Positions 1-12,326 of a stretch of 64,000 nucleotides of DNA are shown one piece after another. The DNA comes from Octopus vulgaris (taxonomy: Eukaryota). The stretch lies in the NCBI GenBank assembly GCA_951406725.2, contig OX597816.1:139128001-139192000 (forward strand). Direction: 5' to 3'. Under the pieces are notes generated by a model. That model made no database searches and was not told the origin of the DNA. It saw only the letters and a program-made list of their open reading frames with translations. The translations under genes and the position numbers were made by a program. How positions within the stretch are numbered: position 1 is the first letter of the stretch; the number at the start of each line of letters is the position of its first letter.

Positions 1-113
1 ACACTCATACATAATTGGAGACGACTAAAACATACATACTCATGATAAAACACACACACATGCACAAGCATTCACATTTATACATGCAACGATAATATAG
101 AGGTATGTATATG

Positions 114-157
<44 letters not shown>

Positions 158-227
158 CATATGTATGGATATGTATGTGTGTGTATGTATGCATATATAT
201 ATATGTATGTATATATATATATATATG

Positions 228-267
<40 letters not shown>

Positions 268-268
<1 letters not shown>

Positions 269-513
269 GAGGCGCGTGGCTTAGTGATTAGGGTGTCAGT
301 ATCATGATCGTAAGATTTTGGTTTCGACACCTGGACCGGGCGATGCGTTGTGTTCTTGAGCAAAACACTTCATTTCACGTTGCTCCAGTCCACTCAGTTG
401 GCAAAAATGAGTAACGCTGCGATGGACTGACGTCTCGTCCAGCTGGGGAACACATACGCCATAGAAACTGGGAAACATGGCCCACGAGACTGGCTAGGCT
501 TTAAAAGGGTGCA
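268..513 (+). mobile_element. tRNA-derived SINE, family A head with tail alpha
   Basis: A-box-like GGCGCGTGGCTTAGTGATTAG and B-box-like GGTTTCGACAC, followed by the body GTTGTGTTCTTGAGCAAAACACTTCATTTCACGTTGCTCCAGTCCACTCAG shared with about 9 other copies. Same tail as 43009-43230. Confidence 0.85.
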
Positions 514-519
514 TATATA

Positions 520-729
520 TAGATCGTTAGCCACTACACACATTTTTTCTCTCCTTGTTTCTCTCTTTTTTCTCTCCTTGTTTCTCTCCTTTTTCTGTGT
601 CCCTTTCTGTAGAAGAGCGTAAGACCCGAAACGTAAAAGTATTTTCCTATTCCTGAGCGTTATACTAATACATCTGTTTGTTTTGTACACCACCTGCCTT
701 CGTCTTTTGTTGTTTTTTTCGTAAATTCT

Positions 730-733
<4 letters not shown>
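520..733 (+). mobile_element. Probable Penelope-like element terminal (pLTR) remnant with a degenerate minimal hammerhead at 603-639
   Basis: CTTT-CTGTAGA-agagcgtaagaccc-GAAACGTA-AAAG: stem I CTTT/AAAG, palindromic ACGT stem III, variant core, weak stem II. Flanked by (TA)n. Confidence 0.45.
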
Positions 734-766
<33 letters not shown>

Positions 767-1133
767 CATACATGTGTATATATATGTATATGTATATATA
801 TATACGTTTAAATGTATATAAACAGAAGATACAAATATTACAGGCACCCCCACACACACACACTAAATAAACATAGACGCACATAGAGATATAAGCATGC
901 GCAAATGAAGACATACAATAGAAATACAAAATGGCTGACGGTTAGTAAGGAGAGACACCAATAAGTGAGAAGAAAACAAAGGACCACTGATGCGGTCACA
1001 GGAGTGTGACGAAAGAACTCTGGCCGAAATAAGATTAAGATTAATGTAATAAATAAATATCACTGAAGCAAAATAACACCAAATATATAGTGCGTGTGTT
1101 TTTATTGGCTTAACTGGCAATATGACCATTCCG

Positions 1134-1191
<58 letters not shown>

Positions 1192-1619
1192 CATACATGT
1201 CTACATATATACGTACATTCATACAAACATACATGCATACATACATATATACATACATACACTGTGTGTATGCATGTGTATGCGTGTGTGCGTGCTCGCC
1301 GCGCGCGCGTGCGTGTGTGCGTGCGTGAGTGAGTGAAAAAGAGAGAGACAGGGTGCCAGAATCAATAAAATACGTACCAGAGTGGAATATGTGCTGAAGT
1401 CGATACTATCTACTAAAGAGCCTGCAAAGACAATATCTTACATCCGCACAACAATGATTGAGACCAGCCATAGAAGAAATTATTAAAGAATATGTACGCA
1501 CCCTACTCACAGCACACTGTTAATCCACTTGCGTAGGTGAGCTGTCAGTGTGTATGCAATATATGATAATAGAGAAAACATGTGGTTTAAGTGTATCTCT
1601 TTTCTAACATATGATAATC

Positions 1620-1678
<59 letters not shown>

Positions 1679-1778
1679 AGTTCAATTATTAACAGATTGC
1701 GAGTGGAAAAGTTAAGTATGCAAAAGTCGGCTTTGTTACTTAAGTATATTTATACATACAAACAACTTTATACAGATT

Positions 1779-2101
1779 GGCGCACGAGTGGGCTGTGTGA
1801 TAAGTCGCTTGCTTACCAACCACATGGTTTCGGGTTCAGTCCCACTGTGTGGTACCTTGGGCAAGTGTCTTCTACTATTGCCTCGGGCCGACCAAAGCCT
1901 TGTGAGTGGATTTGGTAGACGGAAACTAAAAGAAGTCCGCCGTATATCTATATATATAAACAAATTATATATATATATATATACTTATTCTATTGGTCAC
2001 TTCTGCCGAACTGCTAAGTTACGGGGGACGTAAACACACCCAGATTGGTTATCAAGCGATTGTGAGGTGACAAACAGAGAACAGAGACACACATACATAT
2101 A

Positions 2102-2178
<77 letters not shown>

Positions 2179-2214
2179 CACATACATATATGTATATACA
2201 TATATGTATGTGTA

Positions 2215-2247
<33 letters not shown>

Positions 2248-2435
2248 GTATGTGTGTCTCTGTTCTCTGTCACCTCACAATCATGGTGTGTTTACGTCCC
2301 CCGTAACTTAGCAGTTCGGCAGAAGTGACCGATAGAATAAGTACTAGGCTTACAAAGAATAAGTCCTGACGTCGATTTGTTCGACTAAAGGCGGAGCTCC
2401 ATCATGACTACGGTCCACTGACAGAAACAAATAAA
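1779..2435 (+). mobile_element. SINE family B (CORE-like) copy with an internal inverted duplication
   Basis: Head GGCGCACGAGTGGGCTGTGTGATAAG, CORE-like ACCTTGGGCAAGTGTCTT. The 3' half is present twice, in opposite orientations (about 1982-2100 minus, 2245-2435 plus). Confidence 0.85.
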
Positions 2436-2679
2436 AAATGGAACGCGCACACACAACATGCATATATATATATGTGAAAAAAGACTTTGATGGACATTTT
2501 GCATGGGCGCAACGCTGTGTGGTTAGGAAAGTTGCTTCGGTAATATGCGGTGCTTATTTCATCACCATGGGAAGTAACTTTTGCTTATAGTCCTCCGTCA
2601 CCAAAAAAAAAAAAAAAAATGGGTAAACGGAAATTGTACATCTTATGTATGTATGTATGTATGTATCTAGCTATCTATC

Positions 2680-2798
<119 letters not shown>

Positions 2799-2867
2799 AC
2801 GTAGATAGATAAATATGTGTATGTGTGTACATATATATATGTGCATTATATATAGACACATATGTAA

Positions 2868-2936
<69 letters not shown>

Positions 2937-3120
2937 TAATGTTTATCACCATTTCAAAATGGCTGTTCCGTAGGAACCGACGTTGCATCATTTTAACGCC
3001 AGGAGGACGCCTCCTTCAGCTGTTGAAGTGGCGATAAACATTACTTCTCAGTATAGTTACTGCTTTCATCTCCTATAGAAATTTTTCAAGTAGCTAATTT
3101 GTTTATATATATATATATAC

Positions 3121-3417
3121 TGAAGATGCATGGCTTAGGAGTGAGTGTGTTGCTGACGCGCTTGCGAGGTTGTGTTTTGATTTCTCAGACTGAGCGTTGC
3201 ATTGTGTTCATGAGCAAAACAACTCATTTCACGTTGCTCTACGATTATTTTGTCATCTGATATGTGACACACCGTTCGCCCGTACAAGTAATTTCGATTT
3301 GATGGAGGGTGTGAGCTTATATGAACGCAAACATTTGATCACTATAAACAAATCGGCCCCTGTGGTTATTCAGCAAGAAATTGCAGCACCTACGTCGTCT
3401 AACGACAGGAGAGTCCA
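3121..3417 (+). mobile_element. Old SINE, family A head with tail zeta
   Basis: Degenerate A head and body. Tail CGATTTGATGGAGGG...ATCACTATAAACAAATC...GGAGAGTCCA is shared with 9456-9718. Confidence 0.7.
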
Positions 3418-3420
3418 AGC

Positions 3421-3489
<69 letters not shown>

Positions 3490-3506
3490 TAGAGAGAGAG
3501 AGAGAG

Positions 3507-3583
<77 letters not shown>

Positions 3584-4047
3584 TACCTATATCCATATCA
3601 ATATATATGCACACACACACACACACATGTATATTTAATACGTATAAATTAATATTCGTTCACTGTAAAATTGATTGAGTAGAAGATATGAGAATTCATG
3701 ATTGTGTTAGTCAATGAGAACTAAAAATAAGTGAAACGTCTAAGGACTCTTAAGACATTATCCTATATTTATTTACTCATGTTTAATTTAATCGTCCCTT
3801 TTATGCTCTAAGACTGTTACACGTTCCACAATGATTGGCAGGAAGTTACTTTTTAAAGGGTTGTTTGACATTAGCGTTCAGTTATTGTTATGTATTATAC
3901 TTATAAATGAAAAGTGTATACGCTTTTGGGGTTTATATACGAGTCATAATATATTTGGACTTAATAAATGAATTGATGGATAGGTTTTCCAAATTGTATT
4001 GCATATTAATAAAAACAATATATATCTTGAAGACAACTACAAGACAT

Positions 4048-4252
4048 TGGCGGAAGTATGGTTAAATTTAAGAAGCGAGATTTGCATGCTTGTAATTTGG
4101 AGTCCAGTCCCTCTGGGGGTATCTTGGAGCGGGTGTCTTCTTCTGTAGCCCCGGGCTGGCCAATGCATTGGGAGTGAATTTGGTAAAGGAAAACTGTGTG
4201 GAAGCCTGTCGCATATATGTGTGTGTGTGCGTGCGTGTGTGTGAGTAGGTGA

Positions 4253-4298
<46 letters not shown>

Positions 4299-4545
4299 CT
4301 GTCTGTGTGTGTGTGTGTGATTGTGGCTGTGTTTGTTCTACCGATCGCTTTGATAACCAGTTTTCGTTTGCTACATTCCCGTAATTTATCGATTCGGCCT
4401 AAAAAAACAACAACAAAAAGAGCATAGAATAAGTACCAGACTTTAGAAAAAGTACTGGGGTCGATTTCTTGACTAAAACGGTTCAAGGCAGTGTCCCAGC
4501 TTGGGCGCAGTCTACTAACTAAAACAAATAAAAGATAAGATAAGA
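4048..4545 (+). mobile_element. Old SINE family B copy with an expanded internal (GT)n
   Basis: Colinear with 20103-20512 (TCTTGGAGCGGGTGTCTT, GAATTTGGTAAAGGAAAACTG, AGAATAAGTACCAGACTT). Confidence 0.75.
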
Positions 4546-4656
4546 TTTGGTAAAACTGCAAGATACAGCAGAATGTGTTTGTGTTCTGTCACTTTGAAAA
4601 CGATTACGACCAGAAATTCACTGATGAATTTATCTGGCCTTATAGTAAGCGTTAGA

Positions 4657-5031
4657 ACAAATGAATGAAATCTGTTCTATACTTTTGAGATGAGGAATTC
4701 TGTACATTATTTACATTGGACGGGTTTGTGTCCTCATATTGTTTGTTGTTACCACAAAGTTTCGACAGATTTACACTCCAGCCTTTGTATGGTGAGCTGA
4801 AATCTTTCAAGCGCATGATCCAAATTTTGAACGGAGTGCAAAACTTTCTACTACAATAACAAATGCTTCTGCGTGTTACTGAGAAATTTATAGAGAGTGA
4901 AAAAAAGCTTCTCTAGACGTGTGAAATTTCACTGGTGACCACCGTTGTTTGTTAAAAAGAAAGTTGTATCAATGTAAATAATGTACAGAATTCATCATCT
5001 CAAAAGTATAGAACAGATTTCATTCATTTGT
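4657..5031. repeat. 62-bp inverted repeat (4657-4718 / 4970-5031), likely a Penelope-like inverted terminus
   Basis: The arms are reverse complements with 1 mismatch. A decayed hammerhead-like segment on the minus strand (AGGCTGGAGTGTAAATCTGTCGAAACTTTG) lies inside, at about 4755-4790. Confidence 0.7.
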
Positions 5032-5557
5032 GAATTGGTGATCGCGTCTGTAAGTGATGGTGTGTGCGAGTCTAGTGCGAGTGAAGTGATTCAGGAAATG
5101 ATTATATCTTTTATTATAAATGATCTTGACATTCGTTTTAATTTACATAAAATATTCTTTACATCCCACTGTTGTTTTATTGCCATTTATGTACGAGTAT
5201 TATAAATTCTGTAGGCAAAATATTTTCTCTGGGAACGAATTACGATTTATAACATTGCTACTGTGGGAAATGATGCTCTGTTTTACGAGTAGTCTCCGGG
5301 TACAAATTAACATGTATATCGAGGCATTACTGTATTTTGTTGAGAGATAACAATAACTTTCAGTCTGAAAATACCACATGTTAAACATCTGAATAATTGG
5401 GAACGACTCCAACCACAAGTCTTAAATGCTTTTAGAAAGTTTGAAGTACATGTATGTCACCTACAACAAGGAATTCAAGGCCTGTTGTAGACCAACCATC
5501 GAGAAGCTAATTTATTTCTTTACTAGAAAATACGCACGCACACACATGTACACGTGC

Positions 5558-5604
<47 letters not shown>

Positions 5605-5605
<1 letters not shown>

Positions 5606-5647
5606 TGAGTAACGGCATTTGTTATATTTGTGCTGCTTTTAAATAAA

Positions 5648-5707
<60 letters not shown>

Positions 5708-6324
5708 AAAACTTACTTGGAAGAGGATGCGTGACGTTTCGTCATATAATAACAAAATAATAAATAAAACATATGCATATATATACATACCTACATCTAT
5801 ATGTATATATACATATGTATATATACATATGTACGTACCTACATCTATATGTATATATACATGCATATATAGGTATAGGACACCAAACAAACGTCGAACA
5901 CAATGAGAAACGAAAACATAAAAACGGAACCATGGAAACGGACATTGTGTTCGACGTTTTTTTGGTGTCCTGTACCTATATATGCATGTATATATACATA
6001 TAGATGTAGGTACGTACATATATGTATGTATATATGCATATGTTTTATTTATTATTTCATATATATATATACTTTATTTAAAAGCAGTACGAATATAAAT
6101 AATGCTGTTACTCAGAGTTTCACGTTCCCGTTCGTCGGACAGTTATATATAACTGAAAAATGCATTGTAAATAAACAACGACAAATAAAAAGCGTATACG
6201 TATCAGACACAGAGGGTCGCGAAACTGAGTATTACCATTCTGGTTGATAACTGATGAAGAATTAGAGATCCTCTGTGTCTTATACGTATACATTTTTTTA
6301 TCTGTCGTTTATTTACAATGCATT
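5605..6324. mobile_element. Doubly folded-back ribozyme-bearing repeat (Penelope-like or retrozyme-like)
   Basis: IR1 is 5605-5905 / 5943-6115 (the left arm carries insertions). IR2 is 6159-6218 / 6267-6324. Hammerhead-like cores are present on both strands. Confidence 0.65.
6105..6142 (-). ncRNA. Candidate minimal type I hammerhead ribozyme (U4C core variant)
   Basis: Minus strand reads CTGT-CCGACGA-ACG ggaa CGT-GAA-ACTC t GAGT-A-ACAG. All three stems pair, and the cleavage triplet is GUA. Confidence 0.6.
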
Positions 6325-6441
6325 ATTTCATTTTTTAGTAACGGTACGCAACACACACCAGACGTTTATTAACAGTAAATTCATTTATATATATATATAT
6401 ATATATATACATACATACACACACACAGAGACACACACACA

Positions 6442-6520
<79 letters not shown>

Positions 6521-7110
6521 CATCTCCAAACCTGTACATTATCTCCAAACCTTCTAATATATATATATATATATATAGCAATTCAGCAAAAGTGCGACAG
6601 AATAAACAACTGACAAAACTCCCCAAGACAGTGTTCCAGCAAGTCCGCAGTTTTATGCCTTTCACAAAAAGAGTAAAGGAGTATATTCTTTAACAGTATG
6701 GTGTTTTGTTAAACTTCAGGGAAAAACCCCAAATCTTCCCCGAATAAAAAAAAAAATTACCACGGAAGCCTGTAGCCTTTAGTTTAATACAAGTTAGCAT
6801 AAAGTTTACTACGATTACTGCTATGTCTTAAATATAATGCCCAGGGGCTCTTAGATTGGGGTCCAGCCGGTACTTTGTTCCGGGGCCAAAGAGATAAAAA
6901 GAGCTCCACAGTAACTACGTAACATTCATCTCCCCTTGAAAACAAGCACCTTCCACTACCCACAGCCCGACATACTTTTACATTTATATACTGAAGCATC
7001 ACTATACTAATCAACACCACACTTCTTTTAAATAGTATTTATTATTAATTATTGTGGGCCTGGTTGTATAGACATATGATAGAACCAAGACTTCTACCTA
7101 CAGCCCGGGG

Positions 7111-8074
7111 CTCCAAAGGGATCTTGTACCTATTTCTTTACTACTCAAAAGGAGCTAAACACAGAGGGGACAAACAAGGACAGACAAACGGATTAAGTCG
7201 ATTATATCGACCACAAGTGCGTAACTGGTACTTAATTTATCGAACCCGAAAGGATGAAGGGCAAAGTCGACCTCGGCGGAATTTGAACTCAGAACGTAGA
7301 GGCAGACGAAATACCGCTAAGCATTTCGCCCGGCGTGCTAACGTTTCTGCCAGCTCGCCGCCTTCTCCAAAGGGATCTTGTATCTATTTCTTTACTACCC
7401 ACAAGGGGCTAAACACAGAGGGGACAAACAAAGATAGACAAACGCATTAAGTCAATTACATCGACCCCAGTGCGTAATGGTACTTAATTTATCGACCCCG
7501 AAAGGATGAAAGGCAAAGTCGACCTCGGCTGAATTTGAATTCAGAACATAAAGACAAACAAAATACCTATTTCTTTACTGCCCACAAGGGGCTACACACA
7601 GAGGGGACAAACAAGGACAGACAAACGGATTAAGTCGATTATATCGACCACAAGTGCGTAACTGGTACTTAATTTATCGAACCCGAAAGGATGAAAGGCA
7701 AAGTCGACCTCGGCGGAATTTGAACTCAGAACGTAGAGGCAGACGAAATACCGCTAAGCATCTCGCCCGGCGTGCTAACATTTCTGCCAGCTCGCCGCCT
7801 TCTCCAAAGGGATCTTGCACCTATTTCTTTACTACCCACAAGCGGCTAAACACAGAGAGGACAAACAAAGATAGACAAACGGATTAAGTCAATTACATCG
7901 ACCCCAGTGCGTAACTGGTACTTAATTTATCGAACCCGAAAGGATGAAAGGCAAAGTCGACCTCAGCGGAATTTGAACTCAGAACGTAACGGCAGACGAA
8001 ATAGGGCTACGCATTTCGCCCGGCGTGCTAACGTTTCTGTCAGCTCGCCGCCTTCTCCAAAGGGACCTTGTACC
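7111..8074 (-). mobile_element. Head-to-tail array of SINE family C (Nin/Deu-domain-like) units separated by a repeated ~19-bp target sequence
   Basis: CTCCAAAGGGA(T/C)CTTG(T/C)A at 7111, 7365, 7802 and 8055 separates the units 7129-7364, 7383-7801 (dimer) and 7820-8054. The body on the minus strand contains GACTTTGCCTTTCATCCTTTCGGGGTCGATAAA. Confidence 0.9.
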
Positions 8075-8960
8075 GCCGTGCAAAATTTCTCTTGGAGCCC
8101 TGATAATGCTATGATAAATCTTTGAACGGTACAACTTAATCAAGATGGATTCAGTAGACCAATGATAATCTGTCTAGATTTAATGTTAAAAAAAATTGTA
8201 AGAATATTCGGAAAACTGATAATCTAACAGAAAAAATTTCGGGCGTTAACTGAATACTTCTTGTTAACCTAGCTCGTTTTCTGTTTAGTTCCAATTTTTA
8301 ACCAGCTTTATAATTATAAGTATTATGTAACTTCTTGTTACATATCTGTACGCCTGTTAGAAAGAACGGGGAGGAGAAGATAAGTATGGATGTACGTAGG
8401 TGGCTAAATAAACAGAATACATTTTTTGTCTTGATTGTCGTTTTTCTCTGTTGTTTTTGAAAGCAAGGAGAATGACAGAGCCAAGGGTGTCTGGGGGACG
8501 TATGAAATGTGTTTATATTTGTTTAGATTAAAACTCATATGTTAAGAAGCTCTCGCTGTTGTTTTGAAAATATATCGCATTTTAGACGTTCTTACATATT
8601 AAAAGACTTCTGTAACTAGAGAAGCTCAATTTTAACTGCATTAACAAAGACATACTTAGATATGTATGCAGGCAGAATACACACAAATACGGACGTTTAT
8701 ATACATACTCATACACATGTGTGCGTGCGTGCGTGTATGTGTGTGTGCGTGCGTGTGTGTATGCATGCATGTATGTATGTATGTATGTATGTATGTATGT
8801 ATGTATGTATATGTATTTATACACAACTCTAAATGTATGTGTGCATGAGTATGTCTGAGTGTGCGCGTACATGTGTACGTATGTGTGTGTGTATATATAT
8901 ATATATATTTGTATGTATTATGTATGTATGTATGTATGTATGTATGTACGTATGTATGTT

Positions 8961-8992
<32 letters not shown>

Positions 8993-9455
8993 TGTATGCA
9001 TGTATGTATGTGTGTCTGTATGTATGGCTATATAGTGCACATATGTGAACCAGGTTTTCGCATATTTAATTTAGTTTTCGTAAAAAAGTCACATCTGTCA
9101 ACCATTATTCATCATCTATTTTTCTTTTCTTCAATTTTGCATTGGAACCCTTCTGCTGTGTATGAGTGTAGGGTGGTGTATGAGTGTATATGTGTGTGTG
9201 TGTGTGTACGTGTTTGTGAGTGTGTGTAAGTATATTTTATAGGATATATTACATGCCTAACTACCCTTCCACCTGTAGCTCTCTATACATATATGTGTGA
9301 ATGTGCGTGTTGGTGAACGTATGCGTTTGTATATGGCGAGAGGGAGAAACAGAGAGGAGAGGATTGAGAGGCCACAGAAATAAGTACTATGAATGTATAT
9401 AGATAGTTATATGCATTCTGTGATTACGTTTATTAGTATTCGTCCTTAGTATCCT

Positions 9456-9718
9456 GAGGACGCATGATCCAGTGATCGTGAGATCGTGGTTTCAATTCAT
9501 GGACTGGATGGGGCATTGTGTTCTTGAGCAAAACTTCGTCTCACGTTGTTCTGCTATTGCTTCGACACCTGACTCGTGGTAGATTGTTCACCTGTTCAGG
9601 CAACATCGATTTGATAGAGGGAGTGAGCTATAACAAATCACTATAAACAAATCATTTGCGCAGGTCGTTCTACAAAAACGGAGCACTCATACGCCGCCGT
9701 CTCCAGTGGGAGAGTCCA
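9456..9718 (+). mobile_element. Old SINE, family A head with tail zeta
   Basis: Body CATTGTGTTCTTGAGCAAAACTT; tail matches 3121-3417. Confidence 0.65.
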
Positions 9719-9940
9719 TCATTAGTGATTAGTATGACTATATCGATAGGTACAGTGATTATAGTAACGTAAATAGAACTACAAATCGAAGATGGAATAG
9801 TCCGGTATAGTTGTGTGCTTTCTGAAATCCGCATCGGAAATATGTAGTTTGAGGTTCAATATCAATTCTCCGCTCTGAGAAGGTGTATTGTATTATAAGT
9901 TTAAGTTGACCAAAACTTCGATGGTTTAATTCGGTTGTTG

Positions 9941-10152
9941 ATGTTGTTTAGCTCCCAGTTAGCCATCACCAAGCAGGACTATAATCAAACATATACAAGA
10001 CAATGAAAACTTTCCATCGGTTTGTATATCAGAGTATGCATCATCTAACCTACTCATACCTTTTTTTATTATGCCAGGATGTGATATTTTTCAGCAAATT
10101 TTGTTGCTTTTTCTAACAGCTCAAATAACCACGAAAGGCACCCTTGTTGGCT
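9941..10152. repeat. Old unclassified interspersed repeat (family E)
   Basis: Degenerate motif GTTGTTTA..CCCAG.T.AGCC.TG...GAGCAG.C.TATGATCAAA, recurring by eye near 19845, 21640, 25290, 25560, 38760 and 55615, and in reverse near 26100, 30340 and 46330. Confidence 0.4.
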
Positions 10153-10279
10153 TCAGTGAAATTTAGTAGACGGAAACTGAATGGGAAATTAATCGGAATG
10201 AACGTTCAATCTTACTTTCTTTTTTCTTTCTTTTTTTTCTTTTGACTAATAAACTTAATCCGTCATTCGGTTTAATACC

Positions 10280-10509
10280 TATTTCTTTATTACCCACAAG
10301 GGGCTAAACACAGAGGGGACAAACAAGGACAGACATAGGTATTAAGTCGATTACATCGACCCCGGTGCGTAATTGGTACTTAATTTATCGACCCCGAAAG
10401 GATGAAAGGCAAAGTCGACCTCGGCGGAATTTGAACTCACAACGTAACAGCAGACGAAATACCACAAAGCTTTTCGCCAGGCGTGCTAACGTTTCTGCCA
10501 GCTCGCCGA
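10280..10509 (-). mobile_element. SINE family C, tail 1, with 12-bp TSD
   Basis: Near full-length copy; TSD CGGTTTAATACC at 10268-10279 and 10510-10521. Confidence 0.9.
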
Positions 10510-11089
10510 CGGTTTAATACCGTCACCTGATAGATTTATACATCTATTGAAAGCATTTGGACCATATCCCTGGATTGATTATACATATTTTCATCCTTCA
10601 ACCAGTCTTGGAGGCCGTGAAAAATGACAGATGCAATGTCCTTCCTCCTTTGATTATGTGATAAAAGAAAGAAAAATGAATGTTTGTGAGTTTGAGTGAT
10701 ACAACGTCAGATTTTTGTATTTAAATAATAGTTGTATCAAGTTCAAACAACTACATCGGTAACCGATGCAGAAAGGAACCCATGATTAATTAAACATTAT
10801 ACCCTGTTACATGCTCGGAATTTAAAAAGAACAATAATACACTATTCATACAATATCACTATTATCTAATTATTTAAAAAGCGTATTCTTTCTTATTCCA
10901 AAAACAATTTGCTTCTCACGGACGACTTTTCTCCACTGTTGCCGTCTCTGAGCTGTCTTGTCTGGTTCTCTCCAGTTGAATTCGCTCTTTTTTTAACTCT
11001 ACTTTAGTATCTTATCTCGTATGATTTCCTGACAGAAGATCTTCCTCTTCCGAGTTTTGTCTTTTTTGAATTGCCATCGGTCATTCTGT

Positions 11090-11280
11090 AAGTTTACTTT
11101 TTTGTAGGTAGGGGTGTTGGCTCTTCATGAACTTATTATTACCGCTAGGAAGAGGTAATCCATATTAATTTGTCCTCTTCTCTGAGTTGTCCAATTATGG
11201 CAAGACCTAACAGGAGTTTGCGCTCTCTGGTATAATTCCTAAAGTAATTGACACACAAAAGCCTTCACACGGCAAAAGGG
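11090..11280 (-). mobile_element. Decayed RTE-clade LINE 5' UTR remnant
   Basis: Minus strand CCCTTTTGCCGTGTGAAGGCTTTTGTGTGTCAATTACTTTAGGAATTATACC...CTCCTGTTAGGTCTTGCCATAATTGGACAACTC resembles the Bov-B/RTE 5' start pattern (CCTTGTCGTGGCGAAGGGGCTTGCGT...). Compared from memory only. Confidence 0.45.
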
Positions 11281-11795
11281 ACTGGACTTTGTGTTGGTAC
11301 ATAGACAGAATGTACTAAACAGAACAGGAGGAGATACGTGGAATGGAGAGTCGTTGAAGAGGTCACAGGATGCGTGACAAAAGATTTCCAAACGAAGTAC
11401 TTAAAATAACAACAATAATAAAGCTGAAATGAAGAACAAGTATATAGTGCGTACGATTAATTAGCAAAACAAACAACGGTTCCTAAATATAACGAGTACA
11501 GAAAAATTTGCACAAAATGTATTCCAAAACTCAACTGTGATACAACTTATGTAAATTAATCTATGAAAATTACTTGGAAATAATCAGTCAATTTTAAAAC
11601 CGCCAACGATGAACTTCTATGATCTTCAAGCCAGATGATTGACCCGAGAAGGTCTTGAAAGATTAACAGAGTTTGCAATTCGAAGCAACATGTAAATGGC
11701 TAATAAGGTAATATGAAAAAAATATTTAATAAAGCAGATTAAACATGAAAACAGACGTCACTTTAATATAGCATATCGAAAAGCAAGCTTCACTA

Positions 11796-11866
<71 letters not shown>

Positions 11867-12287
11867 TCCACCACGCTATTGCAGTCACCGGAAATTACAC
11901 GAAATATATACAGTGTCTGTGACCGAAGAGGAGATAACTACTCCGAACCGTTAGCATCTCGCAGTTTGGGTAGTTGGCGCTGCGAGCTGATCAACAAACG
12001 GAATATACAAGGGGGATATATCGACAAACAGGATATATTTTTTCCGTGACAAAATGCAGTGAGTAGCTTGTTCCTCAATTCGGACATGCCCTAAACATAT
12101 TCAGACTGAAAATAGCATTACGTTAAATATACGTAGTTAATAATATTGATTATACCAGAGCTGCTTTTTTTCATCTTAAAAGAGTAAATGTCCTTACAGC
12201 TTCACTGCGTTCAAAATTTACTTTCTTGTGCGCAAAATACAAACCACATTTGACGTTCCTAAAGTTTGTTTATAATATGTGTGCGTG

Positions 12288-12326
<39 letters not shown>

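Noticed and set aside
7111-8074. CRISPR array (short direct repeats with long spacers)
   Set aside because: The spacers are homologous SINEs of over 230 bp, the context is eukaryotic and there are no cas genes; the repeats are TSD-like.
10800-10823. miR-10/miR-993-like start TACCCTGT
   Set aside because: Only 8 nt match and there is no precursor hairpin.
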